Shown: positions 50,272 to 63,772 of the stretch, piece after piece
Numbering within the stretch: the stretch's first letter is position 1
Layout of the letters: every line of letters begins with the position of its first letter
Assembly: GCA_951406725.2 (NCBI GenBank)
Contig: OX597815.1
Coordinates: forward strand, 199,640,001 to 199,704,000
Length of the DNA: 64,000 bases
Direction: 5' to 3'
From: Octopus vulgaris
Taxonomy: Eukaryota
Position numbers and translations under genes: made by a program
The notes under the pieces: generated by a model
What the model was told of the DNA's origin: nothing
Database searches by the model: none
What the model saw: only the letters and a program-made list of their open reading frames with translations

Positions 50272-50660
50272 GGTGGTGGTAGGAATGGTGGCAAACAGGA
50301 AAAAGCTTCTTTCCTTGCAGTAAAAGAGAAAAAAAAAAGAACAAAAAGAAACTAACAAACAAAAAAAAGGACAACAATTTACTCAAATGGAATATATATA
50401 TGTATGTGTATATATATATATATATATGTGTGTGTATGTATGTATCTATATATATATATATATGTATATATATATAATATTACCATTTTGGTGTGAAATG
50501 CACAAATGTAATGATTTTTGACTCTGGATGAATGAATGATGAACATAATTTGAAAACTTCCCCTTTCCCTCTACTTTTTTTATTTGATTTAGTCTTTATT
50601 TTAACAGTTCGTGGGGACCCGTGGTTATACTTTGATACAATCTTATCAGAAGTGGAGGAA

Positions 50661-50719
<59 letters not shown>

Positions 50720-53700
50720 ATGTATGTGAATACATGTATACATGCGCACATATATATTACATGTGTATGCATGTAGATTATACACATTCACGCATACAGT
50801 CTGTGTGTGTGTATTTAATGTATATATATGTGTGTGCGTATACAGTTGTGTGTGTGTGTGTATGTTTATACAAAATAGTGCAACTAAGGATCTGTTTTTT
50901 AGCTGGCTGGGCAGTTGGGTGGTTGGGTGGTTTATACCTAAAGAATAAGCTTAAAAAAATGTATTCTGAATCTTTTTCAACTCTGTACCCGTGTTTAATG
51001 AATATGGGATATTATTTTAAAATCTTCTCTCCTTTTTCTGTGGTGTGCATGTGCGTGCGTCTCTCTCTCTCTCTCTCTAAGTTCATGAAGTTTGGCCATG
51101 ATACATTTATTAGCATTTTATGTATCTCACCACCCCCTCCTTTACAGCAGATGAAATATTCGTTCTTTCTCCCACATCCAGTTTTCTGTTTTAAACTAGT
51201 TTCCCCCTTATTTAATAATTCATTTTGAAAAAGTTAAAAATTTTTGCATAAAAAGGATTAAAAAAAAAAAGCCCAAGTTGTTGATTGCAAAGTCTATTTT
51301 GATAAGCCCATTTCATAAATTGCGAAGTAGTTCTCTAAAGAGCAGCTGCCTGTAAAATATCTGGCTGGTTCCTTTCCATTGTTATTAATTACTAGTAGAC
51401 TTCTCAAACCTATCCGACTTCCCGCAAACTTATCTAAGGTCTTTTAGACACCTATAAGGTACTGTTAAATGTTTTATTACTTTCAGTTATATACATCTAT
51501 GTAATGTCCCCTTCTCTTAGCTTTCATTAAATTGCCATCATTGCATTTAAAAAAAAAATTTTTTTTGTTATAGTGATGTCACTCGCTGTGATCCAAATGT
51601 AAATATTTCCAATTGAGTTGCTTGTACATTTGGTTGTCTTTACTCAATTCTCTGTATTAATTTGATCCCTGTTAGTCGTAATGTAGAAAGTTGAGTATTT
51701 TTTAGTTTTATAAGTTTTCCTCTTTTTTTTTTTTTTTCGTTTTAGTTTGGCAATTTGTAAGTGACCAGAAGTGAAAAAGTGTACATAAATATCTCAAAAG
51801 CAGCACTAACAGTTAATTTTCAGATTCTCTATGTTGTATGTGTGATGATTTGGCCTTACTGGCTCCTTCGTTTTTTGTTTTTTTTTTTCTTTTATAGTGT
51901 CCCTCCCTCTCTTAGGAAAAAAGTTCCACTCCCTAACCCCTTTCTTAAAAAAAAAAAAAATATATCATAGCTAATAATTGTCATGGCCACAACATGGTCT
52001 TGCATTGGAATTCTGCTTCTATTTTCTCCTGTTTCCTTTTTGATGTTACTTGGGTTCTGATTCTGTTAGCAAATATTTAGTAGGTATTGCATGATAGAAA
52101 TGTGTGTGTATGTGTGTGTGTATGCTTTCATACCTGTATTCACTGATCACCTGTCAGCTCAGTCATTCCACACCTTAGATAAAGGGGATTGTTGATTGTT
52201 CTCATATTCCTAATATTTATTGATGACAGTCAAGTCTTTTTCCTTGACAAGAGTTGTATATGCAAAAATATGGTAAAACTGTATCGCTCCTAGTGTCCTA
52301 AAAAAAAAAAAAAGAAAAAAAACTTTCCCCTCCTCTTCTCATGATTTGATTAATGCTAAATATGAAGTTAACTGAATATCACTTTTCCTCTAAGAAAAAC
52401 ATTCTCAGAACCCTGGTACATAAATTGAATTTCATCTTCCTTGAGAATGCTCTATGCAATGTTTTGTATTTAATCGTTGGATTCTAAATAGCATTTGGAA
52501 CGTAGCTAGCTAAGTTAATCTTGGTAACATTTGCCATGTAATATTATTTTGACGGTAACTTATATATTTTATTTATTTTAAAAAGGGAATTTTTTTTGAT
52601 AGTTTTGAAAAACCTTATAAGAAAGAAAAAAAAAAAGTGGGTCAAATATATTTTTTAATAGTTTTCTCTTGTGTGTGGAAGGATATATAATTATTGCAGC
52701 CGTTTGTCCAGTTTTAAAAACTGCAACTTTCGAGGTTTGTGATCTTAGCAAAAGCAAACGTCCGTGATACTGACAGAATAACTAACTAAAAAAGGTTTGC
52801 AGTTAAACTATTGCACTTAGGGGTGATTTTGTAAGGGTGGACCAGCTGACTGCTGTAATTTGAGAGCATCATTTTTTGTTAACTGAATTAAGCAAAGAGT
52901 AAGCTTATCCAGTCTGTAGAAGAATATTAGATGTGACAAAAAAAAAAAGTTAAAATGAAATAAAAAAAAGGAATAAAACAAACTTTATATTTGTACTTGG
53001 TGTCCATTATTATTTTAGTTTGGAACATATCCCCTTCACTTAGAGAATTCAGTTGTTTAGAATATTTTCTTAGTTGCTCAGTTTTGGCAGGCAGAGAGAA
53101 GCTCCATTTCAATGTCAGCTTTGGACACGTCTTTGAGATGGTTTTTTCCTGTTAAATTCTGATGTAGTGCTTAGGAGCCCAGTTTTAAGATTGTGCCAAC
53201 AGTATAAGGTGATACTTGCATGCTCATGAACGGCTACTCGGAAGCCCTAACAAAGATGACAGATAACATACCTCACTTATTTCCATCCATTTTATTAAAT
53301 TGTTCTTCAGTGCTTGTAATACAAGTTAAACAATGAAAAAAACAAAAAACAAAAAGAAATTATAAAAAGCCAATAAAAAAAAAATAAAATAAATAAAAAT
53401 GCAACTATGAAACACTAAATAAATTCAGTAAAATGCAGGGGAGGGGGTAGAAAGAATTGTATCTCCTTTTTAAAGAGTTTTGTGCGATTTTAACATGTAT
53501 ACGTAAGCCTTTTAAACCTTAAGTGATATTATGAGTGGTGAGGGAGTAAGAAAGCAAAAATAAACTGCAGCAGATATGAACTGAAATTACGTTTAGCGTG
53601 TCTGCCTTCTACAGCAGCGCACTAAGTATTAATAGATACATTTGAAGAAGAAGAAGAATGACTGTTGTTATATACTTTTATGTTGATGCTTCTCAAAACT

Positions 53701-53889
53701 TGTAAAAAACAAACAGCTCAGTGATTAACCTATCTTCACTGAACAGTATTTGTTGTGGGAGCAACCAGATTTTGCTGCTGTATGACTATTTCATATATTG
53801 GGTTCTCTCATTGCTAATTTCGTCTACTTTGTTGAGCTTATTTCTGTCCCACGTCCGCCCCCAGATTCCTTTCCTCTCCCTTCCCTTGC

Positions 53890-53890
<1 letters not shown>

Positions 53891-53928
<38 letters not shown>

Positions 53929-53950
53929 TACTATTATTATTATTATTATT
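53891..53950. repeat. (ATT)n microsatellite
   Basis: Direct reading. Confidence 0.9.
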
Positions 53951-54092
53951 AGAAAGCATATTCATTGTATATATGTATATATCTAACCTTTTGTAATCGC
54001 TAGATATGCAAATACATGTTTATACATACATGCAAATATACACACACACACACACACACGCACGTACATATACATGTGTATGTATGTATATC

Positions 54093-54125
<33 letters not shown>

Positions 54126-54783
54126 GTATGTGTGTATGATTGGAGATATTTTATTGGCCATTTTTCTGTTGGTTGCTTTGATTCGTTGCTAGGAGAGTGT
54201 GGGAGGGTCAGGGGACTTCCTCCGGTAGTTGGAGGTACAAAATGGTCCTGCTACCAAGTAGTTGTGTTGAGAGTGCAAGTTTCTCGTTGAGTTATTTTGG
54301 AACTTGAACTAATTCCATCCAAAGGGAACAAAACTGTAAACGTATAAATTTCTTTGTATGATCCTTTTGAGTATATGTAATCTGGCACATGGACATTTTA
54401 ATCAAAGAAGAAATGGAAAAAAAAAAAACCACAAAAATGAATGGAAAAAAAAATAATATATATATGTATACTACAAAAAAAAAAAGGAAAAAAAAAACAA
54501 AAACAAAAAAGAAACCACCCCTCCCCCCAGAAAATTTTGAATTTATTCAACTTGGATGTAATTTCAAGCAATAGAACTTGCTTCTCTGTCCAGCTTTCAA
54601 ATTAACTATTGAAAGAAAATGAACATAAATTTTTCACTCTGCTCAAGACGCCGTTTTCTCGCCCTACCCCCCTTTTCTTTATGATATCTTGGTCATTCCA
54701 CATTATCGTTGATTTTTTTTTTGACCGTTTTGTTCCTGTCTGAAGAAAGAATGAACACGCATATATATATATATATATATATG

Positions 54784-54815
<32 letters not shown>

Positions 54816-55406
54816 ATGTGTTATATGTATAATTGTGTGTGTGTATGAACATTTCTTTTATTGAATGAGCGCTTGGTTACACTCTTGTATTAGGTGTGCG
54901 GAGTTGTTTTATGCGGTATCTAGGGCTACAGCCAAAAGCCATGCCTAAGGTCTCGTGCAACCAGCCTTGTTTTACCGACTGAGTTTAGCCAGTGGGTTGA
55001 ATGGAATGGGTAATTGCTTGTATTCCTATCTATTGCATGCACGAATACGTATGTTTGTGAGTATATATATATATATGTATGTATATGTGTATATTAAGTA
55101 TGAATGATTTTTCATTGCTATCTCGGAAGAACAGTTAGAAAGTTATAAACCCTTTTTGAGAGAGAGAGTGTGTGTGTGTGTGTAGCATTTCGTGGGATTA
55201 AAAGATATTCAGAAAAAAAAAAAAAGTCCCCTCCCCTCCAGAAAGACTGGCCACTTTGATGCCTACTGTTGGTTGGCTAAAAAAAAAAAACAAAAGAAAA
55301 ACAACAAAAAAACCCAAAAAACATACAAACTGAGCACGTGAGGTTTGTTTCCTCACTCATAAAAAGAAAGAAAAAAATATTGTACATACCATTTAAGTTG
55401 CACTGA

Positions 55407-55412
55407 AATAAA
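55407..55412 (+). promoter_or_regulatory. Candidate distal polyadenylation signal AATAAA
   Basis: AATAAA with TGTA upstream (55381) and GT/T-rich sequence downstream (ttcgtggtttt); a proximal AATAAA cluster lies at about 53372-53398. Confidence 0.5.
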
Positions 55413-57589
55413 ACCATGTTTGAAATTATTTCGTGGTTTTAATAATAACCCCAAACTTTGATTGCTTCTCAGGACAAGTGTAGCTTTGCACTCTTGAATT
55501 TTTTATACTATCTATCGATCTATCTCTTTCTGCTAGTCATGCTTGTTCTGAATTGATTATTTTTTATTTAATTTATTTTATTTATTGTGGGTTGTTTAAA
55601 AAAAAAGAAGAGGAAAACCTAAAGAGAACCCATTGTTCGAAGAGGAAGTACAAATACCGTTTTTCATTGGAGGGGCGTTGATGTCTGTTATGCTCATTCT
55701 TATGTTACATTTTGGAACATTATCTCAATGCTGCCCAGAGCATAACTACCTGCAAACCCCTTCAATAAATTCACATATTCAACACTAGGGCTCACATTCT
55801 GAGTTAGTAGTGGGGGTGAATCGGATAAAAGGTATACGGATCTGAACATAAAAATTTGATTTGTAATTAGTGGTAATACAAAAAAAAAAGGTGTCGACTT
55901 TTTTGCTGAAAGCTGTGTCGTATTTACTACATCCAAATTGATACTAATGTCTCGTGGTCGTTCGACTGAGAATTTCTAAAATATTACTGTCCTAGTTGTA
56001 GAATATTTACGAAAATATTGGAGATCCAGCAGTGTTAAAACTGCCCGAAGCACACGTACATAATATAGATATGGAAACAGTATTCTAGCTGAACTTCGTT
56101 GACAATGTTTAGATTAAGACTTGCCATAAATTCTCCAAATTCTTGTTTAATCGATTCAGAGAAATCTCAAGAATGAGTGATAATTTAGCCGAGTTATTAT
56201 TAATGGCTGTTTAATTCCTGTTTTATGAATTCCAGAAGACTAAAAGAAGATAAGAATGGCAGTGACACGGGCATTAAACGGGTTGCTTGAAGTGGACGCT
56301 AATCTTATTACTTGAGACATTTATTTCTGTTAGTGATTGGAATTTTAATACCAACAGAGGCCATTCTTGCCTTTGATTCCTTAGGACTAACAGGAACATT
56401 AGAATACAATATGGAGTAAAACGAATCGCAGTATTTCGTTAGAGTTCAAATCATACCAATCCGAATTCCGCAATTATTTATGAACAAGTTTGGGTTAGGT
56501 TTACTAATATGCACCGTTTCCCAACCCCATGGTTTTGGTTTCATTCTCACTGAATGGCAACTCTGACCTCTGTCTACTGTGTTTTTGGATCAACCACATC
56601 TTTGAGTGTATTTAGGAATCGGAAACTGAAAGTAGCCCGGCATATGTTAGTATATTTGTATTCCTTTGTCTTGACATCACGCCATAGTTGTAAAAAAGGG
56701 CGTCACCGTCGCACAAGCGGTGTCCTTGGTTCCTCATCTTTCATGATAATGTCTAGCCGTTGGAAATATCAACTCGCTTAGAAACTAGTGACAGTGGCAG
56801 AAAAAAGCTCTTCACCGCAGATATTTGTAACCCATGTCAGCATGGAAAAGTCATTAAAACGGTGATTAAAATATCAAGGCAGTAATGCAATGGAATACTC
56901 ATTAGTAATTAGTAATTCTTCACATGTATGTTCTGACAAATAGAATAAACTAGCAGCTTTCTTTTTGGGGGGGGGGGGGGTTGATTTCATCAGTTATTCC
57001 CTGCACAATTTAGAGAGATTATTTCGATTTGAAGTGTTGTAGTGAGTAATAACATCAATTGTTTCTTAGTAGTCTTAAATTTGAAGAGAACATTTCTTTT
57101 TACCCAGCAGCCTAAAATACCTATCTATGCAGCCCACATTATAATGTAAAGGACTTTTTAAGATTACTAAGTTAGTACACATACCTTGAGAAGGGTCGTT
57201 CACACTTGGGTAAATGCTATTTTTTGAATTCAATGACTATGCAATGTAAGAGTTAAATGTAGTCTTCAGTTTCACACCCAAAGATAAACAAGTAGGACTG
57301 TATTGTGAAGATCATGGTTTTGAAATGCACATATCCATTGGGTACTTTACTAAAAAGCTATGTACGAAGTAACTGTAAACAGCTACAATGTATAATTGTA
57401 TATAAAAATAAAAACATTTTACAGGGATTTTCTGCTATATAAAATATATTACTTTAACCTCAGTCCTTGGACGCATTAGTTGGACTACACTTTGTATGTT
57501 GCCACACATTTGACATGCTCTTTCTTTGAAACGAGGTAACATTCGACTCTTGGCGCTAAAGAGGAAATCACGGCGGATCCGTTTCACTA

Positions 57590-57790
57590 TAGGCCCGAGA
57601 CCTGAAATTTGCGGGGAGGGATGAAGTCGATTTCATCGACCTCAGTACTTGACTTGGTCCTTATTTTATCGACCCTGAAAAGAGGAAAGGCAAAGTCGAC
57701 CTCGGCGGAATTTGAACTCGGAACGTAAAGACAGATGAAAAGTTTTTTGTGTCTGGTGTGATAATGGTTCTGCCAGCTCGCCGTCTTCGG
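57590..57790 (-). mobile_element. SINE family C variant
   Basis: Shared core; similar copies at 60728-60900(-) and 62135-62335(+). Confidence 0.75.
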
Positions 57791-58753
57791 CCAATTGTAA
57801 TACGCACCTGTTGCTTTCATTAATTGCTGCTTGTGGAGCAATAATCCGAGCTTATATATTCTAAGATAAGCCTGTTATTTTAATGAAAAGATTAAATCGA
57901 GAGCAGTTTCAACGGAAGCTTACCTTTTACTGAACAATGTGGTAAAAAGTTTTAAGCTCCTGCCAATGACAGTTTACCACCACGAAAACTCGCTATGTCT
58001 GATGCTTTGCAACGACTTTTCATTTTCCTTACCAGCTGCATACATTTGCTTAAACCACATCTTGAAACATTGCTAGAAGAATCTCCACATGACAGTTTAC
58101 TCTGCTACAAATAGCAGGGTATATTAAGCTAAAACAGTTTGAAACGACGTGTTGATACAGATTTGAAAGTCCTTAATCAGAACTAAACATTTAAATTAGG
58201 AAAGCAACGAGCTTTTAAAAAGTTCCTTTTGCAAATATGGTTACGAGGGAAAGAAAAAAATCTAAGTACTTCGTTCTACAGCTTGAGATCTAGAAAGTTC
58301 TAACGAACTTCAGGACAGTCCTCTCGGGAAGGCGGTTTCGGCCCCGATCATCTGATATTCTGAGCTGGTAGCGTGCAGCATAAGAGATTTGGCTATTTGT
58401 TGTCGTTCGAGCTATATGAAGGGAAGCGATTTGACAGAGAAATACACCACACATTCCATAGTTGACATTTCTGTGAATTGTTAAATAGCACACACTTGCA
58501 CCGATGACAAAAGTTACTTCATGTGGACAAGAGTCGACGAGACAGTTGCGTGGTGAACTGATTGATATTTCGCAGCAAAGAATCTCTAGCCAAAACGTGA
58601 GACAGCAGGAAGAACGAAGACACCACTCCACGGGTGCCAATCTGCTAGAAATAAAATCCAAATTTTCTTCAAAGCACGCCAGCGTCCCAGAAAGAGATAT
58701 ATTGGATACTGAGAGTGTGGATGGTGAATGTTTACTGCTTGAGATTGGATTGG

Positions 58754-59122
58754 AAGCACTCCGTCGGTTACGACGACGAGGGTTCCGGTTGATCCGATTC
58801 AACGGAACAGCCTGCTCGTGAAATTAACGTGTAAGTGGCTGAGCACTCCACAGACACGTGTACCCTTAACGTAGTTCTCGGGGATATTCAGCGTGACACA
58901 GAGAGTGACAAGGCCGGCCCTTTGAAATACAGGTACAACAGAAACAGGAAGTAAGAGTGAGAGAAAGTTGTGGTGAAAGAGTACAGAAGGGATCACCACC
59001 ATCCCCTGCCGGAGCCTCGTGGAGCTTTTAGGTGTTTTCGCTCAATAAACACTCACAACGCCCGGTCTGGGAATCGAAACCGCGAGTCCGCTGCCCTAAC
59101 CACTGGGCCATTGCGCCTCCAC
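58754..59122 (-). mobile_element. tRNA-derived SINE, family D head with a different body
   Basis: Head nearly identical to 26310-26469; body differs; a decayed body copy lies near 45024-45120. Confidence 0.8.
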
Positions 59123-59611
59123 ACTGCTTGAGAAAGCCTTTGATAATAACAGGTCTGATCTGGGCTGTTTCAGTTTTTTTTTTATAAAAGCGACGATAGC
59201 CTTCCGAATATATTGAGAAATGGCGATCTACCATCAATGATGCTAAACAACTTGGTTATGAAGAATATTTGTTAGATTTTGAATTGCTGCGAAGAGGTTT
59301 ATATCTTAGTTATTTGAAACATCCTTTCCCGCAAAATGTTATCAATAACACTCTCAGATCTGGCCCCTATGTCTAACTTTACCCTCCACAGGAGCTCTTG
59401 AGCAAAAGAGGTAAATGATTGCCTATACAGTTTAAGAGTAACGATTGCAAGCAAGCTAATGGCTAGAATCGGCCGCATCTTTTTTCCTACGTGTGCTGTT
59501 TATTAACAGTTTTAGCGGGACGACGTTTAACTTATTCCCACCGTAAAGAGAACACGGCGTGGTAAGGTTAATCATGGATACGGCATGCAAAATGTCTTGC
59601 AGTATCCGTTC

Positions 59612-59969
59612 TCATTCTTGCTCACAACATCATTCTTGCTCACAACATCATAAGCGAAAGTGTAACCTCTCGAAAGAGCTGTTTTTCACTCCTGCTCCAG
59701 AGCGTCGGCTGCGGGGTCACTCCGAAAAGCTCTATCTGCGACGATTTCATCTCAATCGAAGGAGAGGGCTTTCTCCGTCCGGGTTACGGATCCGTGGAAT
59801 AAGCTGCCGGACGAGATGGTGAAAATGTCGACGACCGCTCGGTTCAAAGTCTCTCTTGACCACAAGTGGCCTGAACTCTTTACATGAACACCACCCTGTA
59901 CATAACTCCATGTCCCCCCACATGGCCTTGCTTTTTGCTTTTTGAGCCAAAAATTAACTAACTAACTAA
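59612..59969 (+). mobile_element. CR1-type LINE 3' fragment (ORF2 C-terminus and tail)
   Basis: RLRGHSEKL then, after a frameshift, FSVRVTDPWNKLPDEMVKMSTTARFKVSLD; (AACT)n tail; 18-bp tandem duplication at the 5' junction. Confidence 0.8.
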
Positions 59970-61541
59970 TTACGTTCTCAGTTTCAATTCCAAGAAGGTC
60001 AAAATTACCATCTAGCCATCCGACGTTGATGAAATAAATAATCAGTTCAGGATGGTGAATTGATAGAATTATTTGAACATTGAACAAAAATCCTTCGTGG
60101 TATTTGTTCTGTCTTTTACCTCCACCCGAGTGTTCACGGGCATCTGACGAAATTGAATGTTTTCCAGCCGAAAGATGGTAACGAGAATCGACCTTTGTCT
60201 CCTACCAGGAAAATACGATAGCGAACGGAATCACCAAATGTAGTTTGTGGACATGACAGCACACAAAAGAAAAAACATATTTCTGCAAATTCGGGATTGA
60301 AACTTGTGTTCATCTCTCATTCACTCGCATACATTATAACTTCGTATGTGATCGCTCGACCTGCTTCAAATAACCGAATCCACCACAAACCCTATCCTAC
60401 TGTCCTATAAACAGACTAAGCACAAGGAATAATTAGTGTAAGTGAAACTGTGAATAGACAGAGAAGGCATGGTTAGAACGTCTTTTATCGCTCAGTGTCT
60501 GCAGCAAATCTCGTAAGACCATGGACCTGCTCTTGGAAAGTTCCTTGGAAAGATATTTTTCTACGGAAGACCTAGTTACCTATGCATCTGATATCCAAGG
60601 GTACTGTAAAAAAAACCCCAGCAGTTTGGCACCATGCAGTCGTAGGCGTCGCTGTTAGAACGCAAAGAGCCAGAATATATACTACAAGGCATCGCATCCG
60701 TCGCTAATCTACATCAATGGATTAATAATTTATTCTTTACTGCCCACAAGGGTCTAAACACAGAGAGGACAGACAAACGGATTAAGTCGATTACATCGAC
60801 TCCAGTGCGTAACTGGTACTTATTTAATCGACCCTGAAAGGATGAAAGGTAAAGTCGACCTCGGCGGAATTTGAACTCAGAATGTAGCGACAGACGATAT
60901 ACCACGAGCTTCGGTTCGTTTCATTATCATCGTTGGAACATGGGATAATACGAAACGTTGATCGTCACAGAATCTTAATGCAAGGAACCTGGATAAATAA
61001 CCCACATAATTCTAGCCGATGTTCAGATTATTTTTCATAAACTGCTGCCTTGCTTTCGACCCTAGATCTCCTTGATGACGTTTAAACCAGAACAAAACAA
61101 TCCTCCTCTATATTCGTGGTCTTCTCAATATAAGCAAACACTGGTTCAACCTTCTCTCGTGGAATTTTCATTTTGTTTCTTCATGGAGCTTTCTACATTG
61201 TCTGAATTGATCAAATATACATATTTGGCTGAGCCAGCGAGAAAAGCCTGTTCATTATCTTATGCAAAAAAAAACAAAAAATACAAAGTGGGCCAGTCAC
61301 AAATTGGATGTTTTTTTAATCACAGTCTCATTCCTTCAGAGCTGACCTAGAGTTAAACAACAGCTTTGATAGAGACAGTGTGACATTGGCTAAAAACAGG
61401 CAATGACGAATTCGTCTATTTTTAAGCAATCATACTGACAACAGATGATTGTTATATGCAATCACGTTTTGTTAATTTGCAGTTGTAGCATGTACACTGT
61501 GTATAGCAGTAAATAACACAGTACAACCATAATAATTATTT

Positions 61542-61891
61542 CTAGCAGGACCCGTGGAAATTCCACGCTTAACAAAATGTTCTTATTTCTATGTTGGCGT
61601 ATAAATTTTTTTGTTTCAGATCTTCATAACAATGTCTCATTATGTTAAAAGGTTTTGCTTGTGTTTTCTATTTTGCTCCGTAGTTAACTTTGATTATATC
61701 GTAACACTCAAGCACGAACCGAATCTCGCGCTATCGCCCACGTACACATGGACGTAGCCGCGATCGATGCCGTCAGTCGCCGGGAGTGTGTGGCGATATG
61801 CACCGGGTAAATACAGCGACGTGGTCCGACCCGTAAGTTAAAAAGTCGGCCCACGCTGGATAGACAAGCAGAATAATATTATGGATAGGGA
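61542..61891 (-). mobile_element. Non-autonomous Helitron-like element
   Basis: Minus strand begins TC-cctatccataata and ends in hairpin cgtggaa/ttccacg then gggtcctgCTAG; CpG-rich interior; the AT target is not conserved. Confidence 0.5.
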
Positions 61892-62529
61892 CACTGGTAT
61901 TATAACCCGATTTCATTCGGGTCTACTCGGGCCACATTTTGAAGATGAGGAATTTTGCCCTAGAGGCCACGCTATTCAATTGAGCAAACTCAAAGTGGCC
62001 ATGCAAACTCCTCAGCACTTTTAACAAAGGTGTGCAAATGTTCACGTCAATCCGACCACATTTACTAACACTTTTACCTGCACAAATGCTTGTGAGACAA
62101 CGTCCGCCCTTTTCACAAATATATGGTAGATAAAGGAGCAAGCTGGCAGAATCATTAGGGCGCTGAGCAGTATTTCACCCGTCTTTACCTTCTGAGTTCA
62201 AATTCCGCCGAAGTCGACTTTGCTTTTCATCCTGTCGTGGTCGATAAAATACGTACCTGTTGAGCACTGAAGTCGATATCATCGACTTATAACCTCCCCC
62301 GAAATTGCTGGCCGTGTACCAAAATTTGAAATCAATAGTTTAGATAGTGTTTTAATGCAAGCTATCTGTTTGTAAATGTACATGGACTATAGATGTAAAG
62401 GAGCCTCCACACGATGGTTCGACTGCCAGAAAATACAACAGCCTAATCTGAATGAAATTACATTCTGCCCACTTGAATGAAGGACACGTGGGATAATGTT
62501 AACGGGGTTACACATTCTATTTATCTTTT

Positions 62530-62895
62530 ATTTGGGCTTTCAGTCACTGGACTGCGGCCGTGCTGGGTTTCCACCTTGAAAGGTTTGGTCGAACAAATCG
62601 ACTTTAATGCTTATTTTAAAGTCTAAAACTTATTCTATCGGTTTATTTTGTTAACCCCCTAAGTTACGGAAAAGTGAACAAACCAACATGGTTGTCATGC
62701 GGTGTGAATATTGGGGCAGACACAAAGATGTATACACACACACAAACACGGCAGGCTTCTACACAATTTCCATCTACCAAATTCACTCGCAAAGCAGTGA
62801 TTGGCCCGGGCCAATAATAAGAGAAACTTGCCTAAGGTGCTACGCATTTGTACTGAACCCAGAACGAACTGGCTGCAAAGAAACCTATTTAAATA
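62530..62895 (-). mobile_element. SINE family A, diverged copy
   Basis: Colinear diverged match; further fragments near 3095-3250, 7790-7930, 11340-11500, 25840-26000 and 56520-56650. Confidence 0.7.
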
Positions 62896-63020
62896 AATGA
62901 ACGAATAAATAAATAAATAAAAAAACACAGCAAAGAAATTTCGGTCATTCACTGATTGAATACCACAGCTCAAATAAGAACACAATATGCCTAAAATATT
63001 GTCCCTTTACAATTTCCAAG

Positions 63021-63535
63021 GTGGGGGCGCGTGGCTTAGTGGTTAGGGTGTCAGCATCATGATCGTAAGATTGTGCTTTCGATTCCTGGACCGGGCGACA
63101 CGTTGTGTTCTTGAGCAAAACACTTCATTTCACGTTGCTCCAGTCCACTCAGCTGGCAAAACTGAGTAACGCTGCGACGGACTGGCGTCCCGTCCAGGTG
63201 GGGAACACATACGCCATTGAAACCCGGAAACTTGGCACATGAGCCTGTCTTGGCTTTAAAAGGGCGCATTCATTTATTTTATAATTTCCAAGAGATTACA
63301 TTAACTCGTATGGCCTAGTGGTGAGCGCAGCGGACTCACGGTCGAGGGATCGCGGGTTCGAATGTCAGACCGGGCGATGTGTGTGTTTATGAGCGAAATA
63401 CATAAGCTCCACGCGGCTCCGGCAGAAGGTAATGGTGAACTTCTGCCTGACTCTTTCGCCACAACCTTCTCTCACTCTTTCCTCCTGCATCTTGGAAACC
63501 GGCCCATATGAGTCAGGCATGGCTTGAGAAGGAAC
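63021..63535 (+). mobile_element. Two adjacent tRNA-headed SINEs (63021-63270 and 63310-63535)
   Basis: tggcttagtggttagg and tggcctagtgg A boxes; ttcgattcc and gttcgaat B boxes. Confidence 0.75.
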
Positions 63536-63772
63536 AAACAATATTAACTAGTATACGATGTTGAAGGAGATTCATCTTAACAGTTTAATGGCGTGTGGTT
63601 TGATATAAGCAAACGTAAAAAATAGAGACGATTGTAAAGGTGAGTTGGTGTTTCGCTTAGGCCAGTCGCCTTGTCTCTAGTCTTTGTTTAACTCACAAGA
63701 CATCCCTAATTGACGCAACCAGCTAAAGTCTGATTATATTCTACAAACTTATCAACACTATTTTACGGGTAT

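Larger units (their letters stand above)
49893..55430 (+). other. Probable long (about 5.5 kb) U/AU-rich 3'UTR of TIA-1/TIAR
   Basis: No recognisable interspersed repeats, many U and A runs, UGUA[CA]AUA motifs, ends at a canonical poly(A) signal; end point inferred. Confidence 0.55.

Noticed and set aside
50611-51228. 205-aa ORF
   Set aside because: Open only because of TA/TG microsatellites (YIYI, VCVC) in the presumed 3'UTR.
58290-58821. 170-aa minus and 105-aa plus ORFs
   Set aside because: They overlap repeat sequence and show no recognisable domain or splice pattern.
63021-63100. True tRNA genes at SINE heads (also 3661-3725, 26395-26469, 59060-59122)
   Set aside because: A and B boxes are present, but there is no complete acceptor stem and each runs into a repeat body.
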